A DNA stretch of 32,000 nt from Paramicrosporidium saccamoebae KSL3 (lineage: Eukaryota > Fungi > Cryptomycota). This document shows positions 1 through 9,501 of this stretch, one piece after another. Under the pieces are notes generated by a model. The model had not been told where the DNA came from and ran no database searches. It saw only the letters and a program-made list of their open reading frames with translations. The stretch lies in assembly GCA_002794465.1 (NCBI GenBank), contig MTSL01000014.1, positions 1-32,000 of the forward strand, read 5' to 3'. Within the stretch, counting starts at the first letter, position 1. Each line of letters opens with the position of its first letter. The position numbers and the translations under genes were made by a program.

Positions 1-14
1 ATCTTGAAACAACC

Positions 15-1697
15 ATGCGGCAAGCACTTGACCATCAATGCTACGAGGTCCCGAAACTCCTCATGTATCATCCAATGTGGGATGATCAGGAACAGGAGCA
101 TTGGGCTTGGGCCATGACATATGGAACTCCAGCCTTTATTCCGGATCGACAGGAATTTGAGTGGGATAACTACTGGCCCATGATTTTCAAGGCCGACAAT
201 GCTGAATTCTACGAGGTGGTGCGTCACAAGCCGTTCTTGAATGGACTATCCAATCACGAGCTGCACAAACACATTGCCATGTATGATTCACTTAACATCC
301 TTGATCGCTTCTACCCAAACATGGCCAGAGAAATTGCAATGAATGCCGACTTGGTAATCCAACATGGGCCCTCTCGCATCATCGACCAAATTGTCGCCAC
401 TATGCAGGATTTACACCTCGACACTAACCACATTGCCCCCGATGCTGTGAAATCTTCCAAGGCTCTCCAATATCTTTTCTACCTAGACTATCACCAAATT
501 CCACGGCTTTGTCTGATGCTAACGGGTGGTACGCCAAAAATTAACCCCGAGTGTGCGGGATGGCTCGCCGGGCACGGTTGCCTGGCATTATTGCAAGAGA
601 TACTCCAGGGGAATGGTGATGTTGGCTGCAACCATGATGCTCTTTGCCGTTTAGCCATCAGAGGAGACAATCTTGATGCAGTAAAATGGCTACATTGGAA
701 AAAGAGGATGCAACCCCCATCAACTACACTGATGTGCGATATTCTCGAATCGGGCAATGTGGAGATTGTCGGCTGGATAGTTTCCGAATTTAAAGATCAT
801 ATTGATTGGAATGACGTGGTTAAGCGTTCCTACGGGGACATTCACACTCACAAAGGCATTAAATACCTTCAGCAGAACGCTATTGTCACTTTAACTCCTG
901 GTCAAGACATCTTCGTATCGGCAGCAGAGGGTGACTTGGAAAGATTAAAGTCTACGCTTGCAACCGTAGAGAACTCCACTAAACATTTGAATAGGGCAGC
1001 GTGTGCTGCAGCAATGGGTAAACAAACTAGAATTCTCGAATGGCTTGAAGAACAATACAAATGCCTTCGAGAGAGTTTCTTTGTGAGGTGTGCCTGTGAT
1101 GCGGGCCGTTTCTCCGTTTTGAAATGGGCTTTTGAGAGGCGCGATTATTACGCATTACCTATGAGCGCCTTCTCTGAATTAGACATATTAAACTGTTTCA
1201 TGCACGCCGCCATGTATAAAAGGCGAGAGGATATGGATTGGATATTGGAAAGCTTTGGTAAGAATGCCCTGCTAAGCGTGAGTGATATTTATCAGCAAGT
1301 CGATTATTCTCAAGAAGAGACATACCTTGAGGCTCTCGGATGGATGGCACTAAAACCAGGAAACACTGTCGAGGTTAATCCAAGGATGATGGAGGACGCT
1401 GCTAAGGTTGGTCATGTACGGGTATTCCAATGGCTGTGTAAACAAGGTCAGACTCCAACTTTAAACGTTGCAAAGATAGCTGCAAAACATGGTAAAATTG
1501 GCATTCTCAAAGCGATACACGCGGAAGATTCAGCGTTGGTGTGCAGTGTAGAGGTAGCTAATGAGGCGGCTAAAAGTCAGAGTGTGTGGCGCTATGACAT
1601 CTTGGAATGGATGTGGGAGGCGTGCACAATACTTCCAACCGAGCCGGAAGAGGACAGCCATCTCCAAAATTGGGTGGCCGACAAGAGCAGTTGTTGA
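15..1697 (+). CDS. Ankyrin-like repeat protein, paralog 1 (probably 5'-truncated by the window edge)
   Basis: 560-aa ORF with degenerate ankyrin-type repeats (AAMGKQTRILEWL, AAKVGHVRVFQWL, AAKHGKIGILKAI). Collinear with 5015..7021 (HGPSRIIDQIVAT vs HGPPRIIDQVIAS; KALQYL in both). The frame is open from position 3 to the ATG, and the paralogs have longer N-termini. Confidence 0.8.
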   Translation: MRQALDHQCYEVPKLLMYHPMWDDQEQEHWAWAMTYGTPAFIPDRQEFEWDNYWPMIFKADNAEFYEVVRHKPFLNGLSNHELHKHIAMYDSLNILDRFYPNMAREIAMNADLVIQHGPSRIIDQIVATMQDLHLDTNHIAPDAVKSSKALQYLFYLDYHQIPRLCLMLTGGTPKINPECAGWLAGHGCLALLQEILQGNGDVGCNHDALCRLAIRGDNLDAVKWLHWKKRMQPPSTTLMCDILESGNVEIVGWIVSEFKDHIDWNDVVKRSYGDIHTHKGIKYLQQNAIVTLTPGQDIFVSAAEGDLERLKSTLATVENSTKHLNRAACAAAMGKQTRILEWLEEQYKCLRESFFVRCACDAGRFSVLKWAFERRDYYALPMSAFSELDILNCFMHAAMYKRREDMDWILESFGKNALLSVSDIYQQVDYSQEETYLEALGWMALKPGNTVEVNPRMMEDAAKVGHVRVFQWLCKQGQTPTLNVAKIAAKHGKIGILKAIHAEDSALVCSVEVANEAAKSQSVWRYDILEWMWEACTILPTEPEEDSHLQNWVADKSSC

Positions 1698-1948
1698 AAA
1701 TAAACCTCATCCAATTAGTACTGCCTGATGGTCGCAGTATTTAGGAAACGGAAAGATTGTTGGCGGTACTATGTTGCGTTGTTTCTATGCACAGGTAAAA
1801 CGATCAACACATCCAATTTTATCGAGATCTAATTTGCCGAATAAGCAAAACTCTTGGCTGTAACCTGTGACATTTCGTGGTAGACGTCAATTTTTTCCTG
1901 TTGCTCCTGAGCTGTAGGAGCGCTATCTGGGTCGGACTCGCCAATAAG

Positions 1949-2082
1949 TGTGACGTAGAGGATGGATTAGTTGGGTATTTGTGTGCTAGAGTGGATCGCT
2001 TTGCTGGGTATCCATACTATTCTAGGATTAGCAATGAACAAGCCCCCTTCCCGTCCATACTATTTATCCCCACCACGCGACA
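1949..2082 (-). mobile_element. Dispersed TG...CA element, copy A (134 bp)
   Basis: Reverse complement reads TGTCGCGTGGTGGGGATAAATAGTATGGAC...CAAATACCCAACTAATCCATCCTCTACGTCACA. Aligns to the copy at 29942..30142 with three deletions. Confidence 0.8.
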
Positions 2083-2249
2083 GCCTGTTACTGAAAGACC
2101 ACAAAATCAACTTTTCCGACCCGCCTCACAAATCCCATCCGACTTGTTTATTAGTACAATGCACAGCGTTCGCCGCTCTTCCCATTCCACACGCGCTACT
2201 AATTCAGGCAGTTTCCATCTCCGCCCTAATCCAAGACATTCTAACCCAG

Positions 2250-4139
2250 CTAACCAATCCTTGTGATTTCATCTAGCGGCTCTTGGTCCATTTGCTCCAC
2301 CTGCAGCTGCCACTCTTTTCTTCTTTGATAATCTTTCACTCTTTCCACCATCGCTAAGGATATATTATAGCTCCCCAAGCTCTGAAGACGCTCCCAATCT
2401 GGAAGCAGCTCGGGCCTTTTTGCAAAAATCCACAGCACCAACTCTGTCGCCTTCGTAGAGTAAAAGGATGTCCTAATCCCGTCCAGGAGAGAGTTTTTAG
2501 ACGGGAATGCGTCTGGATTCTTTTCGATAATCCAATCTAATGCTTTAATGTTCCCAGTACGTACTGCTGCGCCAGCCATCTCCAAGTTAGCGACGTCCAT
2601 ACCCAGAGCTCCGGAAAGCCATTCGTGAATGTCTATACCAGTCTTTTTGGAAGCACAAAGCTCCAACAAGTCTTGAGCAGTAAAGCGTCCTGGATCATGA
2701 AAATACACACTCTGTATATATTCAACTGGCTGGTTTTTTAGCTCGTCCACCGTGGGCATGTACCGCCCATCTTTAGTCTTGCCATAAAGATAGCTTAGAA
2801 GCGCTAAAAATTCTCTTCGCACCTCAATGTCATAGCTCCATCTGTATCGCCTAAAGCTAATAGCTTCCCTGCTAGGCAGTAGTTGTGGTTGCTCCTCTAC
2901 GGCCCAAATAACAAAAGACCATTCTTCACAGTCGATTGCATCATTGAAATCTCCCTCTGTAAAAATGATTTCATGTTTCGTCTTGTAAATTTTTCGGCCT
3001 GTCCAGAGAGCCACCCGGTACCGTTTCAGCGCTATAGCATGGCGATAGAGCAGCTCTAGTGGGACCAGCCTAGGTTTAATACCATATAATTCAACAATCA
3101 TGGCATAATGCCACATAGTTAGTTCACTCGCATTTTCCTCTTGATAGGCTTCAGGCGGAAACTCTTTGTTGTGACGATACAGAAACTTGAATATTTCAAC
3201 GTGTCCTTTGATCATGATGTTTGATATGCATACCTTACTCGGCTGTACTGTAGGGTCAGTAAAATAAGCCCACTGAAGAATCTCTAGGCATCCATGATTA
3301 ACAGCATAGTCCAAGCTCTCCTGGTCCAGTAAAAAATCCCTTTTCCGCTTGTATAGGACTTCAAGTAGTTCCCGTGAATCGTTATGCATGGCCCATTCCA
3401 CTACCCATGAGACATTCACAATGTCGCTGTTGACTGACAAAAGAAAATCAAGGGCATTAGGATCACGAATCTTCACATTGAGCGTTAAACCGTCAAATAT
3501 TGTGGAATCTTTTTCATGTAGTAGACGCAGAGTATTGGTGTGTCCCAATCTGGCCAATTCTTGCACATTGCGACCTTTAGGATTAACATTCATCCCCAAA
3601 TGTTGAAGAATCTTGGCTGCGTCGAACAATTCCAAAGCCTCCTGAGATGGTACAAAAACTGTATCCAAGCCGAGTAGCAAAGGATTTGCTCTTGCATATT
3701 TGAAGAATTCAACGTTATCGGCTCTGAATATTTGTTCCCAACAAACTTTCCAGTCAAACACCATGCCATCCCACAGCTCCTCGTGAAACAAAGGCAATCC
3801 AAACAGCCGTGCGTAAATCCAGTGATAGTCTCTCGGACCCCCCGAGCCGAGAAGAAACATTCTTTGAGCACAGCAGAGAATGTATTTGTAGTCCATGCGA
3901 AGCGCCTTTTCTACAAGGCACTTGGGATCCATCTCGAAAACCTGGTTACCAAAGGCAATAGGACACGCATCGCGAATGGGCATCCCTTCCTCTTTAACGG
4001 CGTTTTCAAGTTCCTTGTCAAGTTCGCCCACTGATGATAGGTTTTCTTGACGGTCGCTCAGTTCAGTAAACTCTACGCCCTTGGAAGCACCTCCTCGGCC
4101 CAGAAAGAGTAAAAACGGAATGATCACAGAGCACAGCAT
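2250..4139 (-). CDS. Secreted ankyrin-like repeat protein, paralog 2 (most divergent)
   Basis: 629 aa with a hydrophobic N-terminus (MLCSVIIPFLLFLGRGGAS). The block FDWKVCWEQIFRADNVEFF matches paralog 1 FEWDNYWPMIFKADNAEFY. Repeats such as AVNHGCLEILQWA and AVRTGNIKALDWI. Confidence 0.75.
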   Translation of the reverse strand: MLCSVIIPFLLFLGRGGASKGVEFTELSDRQENLSSVGELDKELENAVKEEGMPIRDACPIAFGNQVFEMDPKCLVEKALRMDYKYILCCAQRMFLLGSGGPRDYHWIYARLFGLPLFHEELWDGMVFDWKVCWEQIFRADNVEFFKYARANPLLLGLDTVFVPSQEALELFDAAKILQHLGMNVNPKGRNVQELARLGHTNTLRLLHEKDSTIFDGLTLNVKIRDPNALDFLLSVNSDIVNVSWVVEWAMHNDSRELLEVLYKRKRDFLLDQESLDYAVNHGCLEILQWAYFTDPTVQPSKVCISNIMIKGHVEIFKFLYRHNKEFPPEAYQEENASELTMWHYAMIVELYGIKPRLVPLELLYRHAIALKRYRVALWTGRKIYKTKHEIIFTEGDFNDAIDCEEWSFVIWAVEEQPQLLPSREAISFRRYRWSYDIEVRREFLALLSYLYGKTKDGRYMPTVDELKNQPVEYIQSVYFHDPGRFTAQDLLELCASKKTGIDIHEWLSGALGMDVANLEMAGAAVRTGNIKALDWIIEKNPDAFPSKNSLLDGIRTSFYSTKATELVLWIFAKRPELLPDWERLQSLGSYNISLAMVERVKDYQRRKEWQLQVEQMDQEPLDEITRIG

Positions 4140-4181
4140 ACAACGTGTCCAGGAAGCGGTTTCGATGCACCCCTGGCGTGA

Positions 4182-4217
4182 TCAGCCACCCCGGTACAGT
4201 TGCGCCGGGGTGGCTGA
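4182..4217. repeat. Perfect 13-bp inverted repeat with 10-nt loop
   Basis: TCAGCCACCCCGG-tacagttgcg-CCGGGGTGGCTGA, 42 bp upstream of the paralog 2 ATG. Confidence 0.9.
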
Positions 4218-4611
4218 CTACTTGAATTATCGTTGTGCAAAGTAGTAAAATAAGTAGTAAAATGATTGACTAGTTCACTGTTGAATTAATAGTGAACGAG
4301 CTCTCTTCCTGTCTGAAAAAGTACTCGGTGACACTTGGAGATGACTTTTTCGAGGCACTGTCAGTCTGAATGAAGAGTGAGTGAGGGGCGAGTGAGACAG
4401 AACACGTCTATTGAAAGACAGCCGTTACAGGCAGCACAAGTTGACTGTTCTGGCACCAAAATTGGCAAATGACTTGAATTATTTACCCTACTACAACTAT
4501 TAACAGTCTGGAACAATAATCAAGATTTTTAAGACAAACGCTCTGGTTAGTCATGGATTGTCTGATGTGGTTTAGACCTTTTTAGGCTGTAACTGTTAAA
4601 CAGCATCCACT

Positions 4612-4767
4612 TGTCACGTAGTGGGGATAATACCGCGGCCCGGTTTAGGCGAGAAGAGAACCTGTTCACTGCTAATTCTAGAATAGTATGGCTACACATC
4701 TCACTGTCCTCAAATACCCGACTAATCAATCCTCTGCCTCCGCCTCTGTCTTTGCCTCTACGTCACA
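4612..4767 (+). mobile_element. Dispersed TG...CA element, copy C (156 bp)
   Basis: TGTCACGTAGTGGGGATAA...CCTCAAATACCCGACTAATCAATCCTCTG...CCTCTACGTCACA. CACT flanks both ends (4608-4611 and 4768-4771). Confidence 0.8.
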
Positions 4768-5014
4768 CACTTATTATTGGCGAGTCCCATCCAGATCCGG
4801 ATAGCGGTCCCACAGGCCAGTTTGGTTATATTAAGAATGGCTACCTATATGCTACATACTCTAATAAAAGTGCGTTCACCCATCAAAAATAGCCACAAGC
4901 TTTAATAAACGATTTTGTCAGTCCGTGACTGGCCGTTGCGGAACGGGTAAAGACAGCAATTACCACCCTTACCACGTAATACCTGGTTGGCTCTTTAAAG
5001 GAGTTTTATTAGTG

Positions 5015-7021
5015 TCACTGGTCGTTTTTGTCTGCCACCCATTTTTGGAGATCCTTATCCTTCCCTAGATTGGTTGGAAGTTTCTTGCACGTCTTCCACA
5101 TCCAGTTCAAGTAATTATACTTCCACACGTTCCCTTTAGCTACCAAGTTGGCAACCTCGTCAGTACACACCAACGATGCATCGATTACATGGATCGCTTT
5201 TAGGAATTCAAATTTACTAAAGTCTGCAGCCCTCGTCGCGACATTTGCAGTTATGGGCAGTCCTTGCTCAAGAAGCCACCATAAAATTTCCACGTGGCCT
5301 AATTCGGCCGCCCGTAGCATCATACCCGGTTCAGTCTTAGCAGCGCCATTTGTCTTTGAGACGATCCATTTGAGAGTTGCTAGATACGCGTCCTCGGACA
5401 CACCGTCAAACCACGGATAGATTACACCCAAACGGGGCAGCACGTCATTACAAAGGGTTTTCGATATCCATTCCGCAAAGTCCTGATTGTTGTGCACAAA
5501 GGCATAGACAAGACACTTTGATGCATTAACGCGAGTCCCGTCATGTCTAGGCGCTATTCTGGAACTGTCAATCTTGGCAACCCAGCGCAGAACAGTCTCA
5601 TCGCCCATCCTGCATGCTTCTTCCACAGCATCGCTGTTCGGAAGAGTCCCTGACTGGTCAAATGCCCATTGGAGGATTTCTTTGTGGCCATTCTTTGCTG
5701 CAGAATTTGCTACACTTTGCCACGGGAAATCGAGTACCGATTCAGCAAGCGCAGTTTGCAGTCCTTGCAACTCACCTTTGGTTGCCAACAAACAGAGCTT
5801 TACCTTGCGCGGCGACAAGACACTAACAGTGTCCATAAGATATTTGATCATTTCCTGAGAGTGTGGGCCATGGTAAGATCCCTTTTCCACCACCTTGTCC
5901 CAATCAATTCTCTTTCCAAACTCCTCAAATGTCCATTTGACAGTTCCTAAATTCCCTGCCGTTATGGCGCTAGAGACTGTATATTCTGATGGAATCTGCA
6001 TCTTTTCCTTAGTTTGCAGAAGCTTCAAGACATCAATACTGCCCTTTGTGATAGCTATATCGCAAAGAGTGCTATAGATGTGTTTGATCTTGAGAACTCC
6101 TTCAAGTATTTCTTGCACCAGCGGTAAACAGTTATGCGCGACGAGCCATCCTACACAGTCGGAGTGAACTGTTGGTATGCCCTCACGGAACTTCAGACAC
6201 ATGTCTGGGATTTGAGTGTAGCCGATATGGGAGAGATATTGGAGCGCCTTGGCAGTTTTCACATCCTGAGGAGCCACGTGGCTGGTGTCGAGGCGCAGGT
6301 CTCGATTAGAAGCAATGACTTGGTCAATGATACGCGGTGGTCCGTGCTCAGTCATCAAATCCACATCCTCTGCAATCTTTTTTGCCATTTCCGAGTTTTC
6401 CAAATTTAAAAACTTGAAAATGTTGACTGCATCATGCATGATGATACTTTTAGACAGTTCAACTCTGGAAATTTCCTTTAAATACGGCGCATCGCGGACA
6501 TGTTCAAGCTTGAAAATTTCACTTGCATCATAAATGACAATGTTCTTAAGCATGTCAGTTTCGGGAATGCCCCTAAAATACGAAGTTTCGCGGATTTGCT
6601 CAAAGAGCTTAGCATCGTCGGGCTTGATTATCAATTCCCAAAAGCTATCAAATTTGGGTGGCGCCAAATTATGGGGCTCCAAATGATGGGGCTCCAAATG
6701 ATGGGGCGCCAAATGATGGGGCTCCAAATGATGGGGCGCCAAATGATGGGGTGCCAGATTGAGACCGGCTCCTTTCTGCGCTACTATTTTTTCATCTGCG
6801 AGAGCAAGATCACCAGGTATCAATGCAGACTCCATACAAATAAAGCCGTCTTCAGGCAACTCGGCACTAATTGAGCCTCTACAAATTTTCGAGCTTCCAG
6901 CAGTTGAGCTGTTATCAGCCTCCGCTTCTAGCCTGGAAGAGTCGACGGTTCGATCCACATTTAACGAAAACAGAGTTACTGTGAACCAGAACATGCGGTG
7001 GGTAACATTAAAGAGTCTCAT
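5015..7021 (-). CDS. Ankyrin-like repeat protein, paralog 3, with a His-Pro pentapeptide repeat
   Basis: 668 aa, collinear with paralog 1 to the C-terminus (LQKWVADK vs LQNWVADK). Repeats AAKNGHKEILQWA and AAELGHVEILWWL. Moderately hydrophobic N-terminus; exact start uncertain. Confidence 0.8.
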   Translation of the reverse strand: MRLFNVTHRMFWFTVTLFSLNVDRTVDSSRLEAEADNSSTAGSSKICRGSISAELPEDGFICMESALIPGDLALADEKIVAQKGAGLNLAPHHLAPHHLEPHHLAPHHLEPHHLEPHNLAPPKFDSFWELIIKPDDAKLFEQIRETSYFRGIPETDMLKNIVIYDASEIFKLEHVRDAPYLKEISRVELSKSIIMHDAVNIFKFLNLENSEMAKKIAEDVDLMTEHGPPRIIDQVIASNRDLRLDTSHVAPQDVKTAKALQYLSHIGYTQIPDMCLKFREGIPTVHSDCVGWLVAHNCLPLVQEILEGVLKIKHIYSTLCDIAITKGSIDVLKLLQTKEKMQIPSEYTVSSAITAGNLGTVKWTFEEFGKRIDWDKVVEKGSYHGPHSQEMIKYLMDTVSVLSPRKVKLCLLATKGELQGLQTALAESVLDFPWQSVANSAAKNGHKEILQWAFDQSGTLPNSDAVEEACRMGDETVLRWVAKIDSSRIAPRHDGTRVNASKCLVYAFVHNNQDFAEWISKTLCNDVLPRLGVIYPWFDGVSEDAYLATLKWIVSKTNGAAKTEPGMMLRAAELGHVEILWWLLEQGLPITANVATRAADFSKFEFLKAIHVIDASLVCTDEVANLVAKGNVWKYNYLNWMWKTCKKLPTNLGKDKDLQKWVADKNDQ
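6660..6762 (-). repeat. 15-bp coding tandem repeat, about 6.5 units
   Basis: + strand units GG(C/T)(G/T)CCAAATGATGG encode (A/E)PHHL on the minus strand. Confidence 0.95.
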
Positions 7022-7336
7022 CGTGCAGCGTGCCTACCTTAGTTAGTCATTTATTCGGTTGGTAAATTATATGAATGAGCCAGCCAATTACGATTGGAAG
7101 ATGCGATCAATTATTTTTATAGGGACGGCGCTTTAAATTTATCGTTGAGCGGTCTTAGCCCCGAGACAGTGGGCGGATTTGTTAACCAAACTCTGTTTAG
7201 CAGACCCTTTATTGACTCGCTCGCACGAAAACGGCCAGATCGACCCATCACTTTGCTTATTGCACGCCCTTGACTCTCCTTCCCATCAAATCTGCAATGT
7301 TTACATTTTATTTGGCCTCGGCCACAATTTGGAGAC

Positions 7337-9229
7337 CTAAACGGCAAGACGGTCGTACAGCCCATTAGTTTTCAACCATTCAATCACGCCATCTCGGTTG
7401 TGGATTCTCGCCTAAACAAAATTAAACAAGTAAACACAGTACAATATCCAAAATGTTCCGTCCGTCCTCATCAGAAAAGTCTAGGGAAACTCCAATGTCG
7501 AATAGAAGGGTAAGCACTCCAGCATCATTAATTCTTACAGCATGCATGACAGCATGTTTAATGCTCGAGGGCAATGTCGACAGTTTTGCTCCAGTCTCCA
7601 GTAAAGACGCTATGATTCTGTGTGCGTTCTCGGACCTTTTCCGGATCCATCTTTCAATTGCCTCCACCAACTATACCCAATGATCATACTAAAAATCGAT
7701 TATACAGGAGTCTTTCCAAGAGAATCGCGCAAGTGGACATTGGCACCGTGCTGCAATAGCCATTTAACCGCCTGATAACTCTCACAAGACACGGCAACAT
7801 GAAGTGGAGTCCGAAGATCGTAATCGACGCAATTTACGATATTTTCGTGATAAGCTAGCGACTCTAAAGCGGCAACATTGTCTTTAGAGGCTGCGACGTG
7901 AATGATGAGGGGACGCAATAGCTCGTCCACAGCACCGCGATGACCAGGCGCTGCCGAGATCAAAGCGGAATTGAACACTATCCCAAGCCAATCCACCGAA
8001 GACGACAAAAACTTGTCCTTGTGCATGAGAGGGATGGTAAGCTCTCCCCTCAGACTCTCTGACACAAGCCGCCGAACCGTCTCTAGATCAAGTTCAGGCT
8101 GCCCCAACAAATAACTTAGCTTGACCAGTGCGCACTCTACCGTCATGTCTCGTCCCGAAATGACGCCAGCCTCAGCCAGCGCATGGCCTGTCGAATAGAT
8201 TTCCGACACAGTGCCCCGTTGGCATTGGGTGATATTGACAATCACCACACCGCGATCAACAGCCTCTCTTATTACTTGAATGAGCTCAGGGCGATTGTCG
8301 GGGGCATTCCCAGTCCCAAATGTCTCCAGAATAACGCCCCTCGTCGGTGCAGCCAAAAATGCCCTTAGCGAATTTGCCGTGATTCCAGGGAATATCCTCA
8401 AACATCCGACATTGGGATCCATCTGTCCCTTGACTTTGAATGGCGATAGATCTGTTGGACGCAAAACCTCTGCCCATTCAATGTCAATATCAACGCCCAC
8501 TATACCCAGCGGTTTTAGATTCGGACTTGAAAAGGCTTCAAATCCAACCGCATTCGACTTGGACACTCGATTGCCTCGATACAGCCGATGGCCAAAGAAG
8601 AGGCACACTTCGGGTATCATAAAATGGCCAGCGATTGTGAGGGCACCCAGGAGATTGTCTCTAGCGTCATTGCGAACCTCTGAAAATGGAATTTGGGAGC
8701 CTGTGAAAATCACCGTCTTGCCCAGGTGCTGTAGGAGAAACGATAATGCAGAGGCGGTATAGGCCATGGTATCGGTGCCATGCAAGATCACAAATGCGTC
8801 ATAGGCCTGGTAATGGGCTTCAATATCCTTGGCAATCTTGATCCAATCGTCCATCACCATATTGCAAGAGTCCTTGAGCGGGTCATACTCCAGCACCTGA
8901 TAAACAATCCTCTTTCCGTACATGGAGGGCTTCAAGGCCAACATTTGACCAATATTGTTATCCATTGAGGTAATGTCGAATTGCGGGTCATTCTCTGCGA
9001 GATGGGATAGACTGTTTACAAACTTGCTGTCGTTAAAGCTACTGTCATTGGCAAGATAATTAGACAAGTATCCTGCCACTGGAAAATATCCATGCACCGG
9101 GTCATTCCTCATCCCAATGGTTCCTCCACAGTACAAAACAAGTACTTTGGAAACGGCATTGCCGGTCATATTTTGTACCGGTGCTGATGCCTTGGCATAC
9201 TCGACCACAGTGTTAGTGTGCCAATTCAT
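7337..9229 (-). CDS. ASPG: Type I L-asparaginase/lysophospholipase with C-terminal ankyrin repeats (3 exons)
   Basis: Motifs LYCGGTIGM, HGTDTM, TGSQIP and ETFGTGN, with ankyrin DYDLRTPLHVA. GT-AG introns 7671..7705 (35 nt) and 7412..7442 (31 nt) restore GKTP|LVEAI and NILDI|ARIHN, ending at the TAG at 7337. First in-frame ATG is 9229; the track start at 9364 is TTG. Confidence 0.9.
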
Positions 9230-9362
9230 AGTCCCTGGCGCCCACTTTGCATAGTCGGTAAAGTGGCGTGGAACTAGGTGCAAGGTAAGATTAGGTGTAA
9301 TGTGGGGTTTGGAATAATGGTGATTGAGAGACTCAAATGGAAGGGGATTTTGAATCACTCGC

Positions 9363-9458
9363 AATCTCTCATGTTTTTAATCTCTAAATCTCTCATGTTT
9401 CTTAATCTCTCAACATCCCAAATCTCTCATGTTTCTTACTCTCTCAACATCCCAAATC
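9363..9458. repeat. Pyrimidine-rich tandem repeat (24+34+34 bp units) in a divergent promoter
   Basis: AATCTCTCATGTTT(C)TTA(A/C)TCTCT occurs three times; two units continue CAACATCCCA. Confidence 0.9.
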
Positions 9459-9501
9459 AACTCGACTCAAAAACCCCCCACGCACCCCAATTCAAACCGG
9501 G

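Noticed and set aside
1877-2276. Short ORFs 1877..2266 and 1971..2276 that share peptide words (YYLSP.RD) with ORFs at 4547..4729 and 29618..30061
   Set aside because: The shared words are translations of the dispersed element. Frames and lengths are not conserved between copies and indels break the frame, so these are not a protein family.
4182-4230. Hairpin as a Helitron 3' end
   Set aside because: No CTRR terminus about 10-12 nt beyond the stem on either strand.
6500-6874. Plus-strand ORF with GLQMM/GRQMM repeats
   Set aside because: Antisense reading of the PHHL repeat inside the clearly homologous minus-strand ankyrin gene.
7117-7365. 82-aa minus-strand ORF as a separate gene or asparaginase tail
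   Set aside because: The spliced asparaginase frame terminates at 7337 in a different frame, and this ORF has no domain signal.
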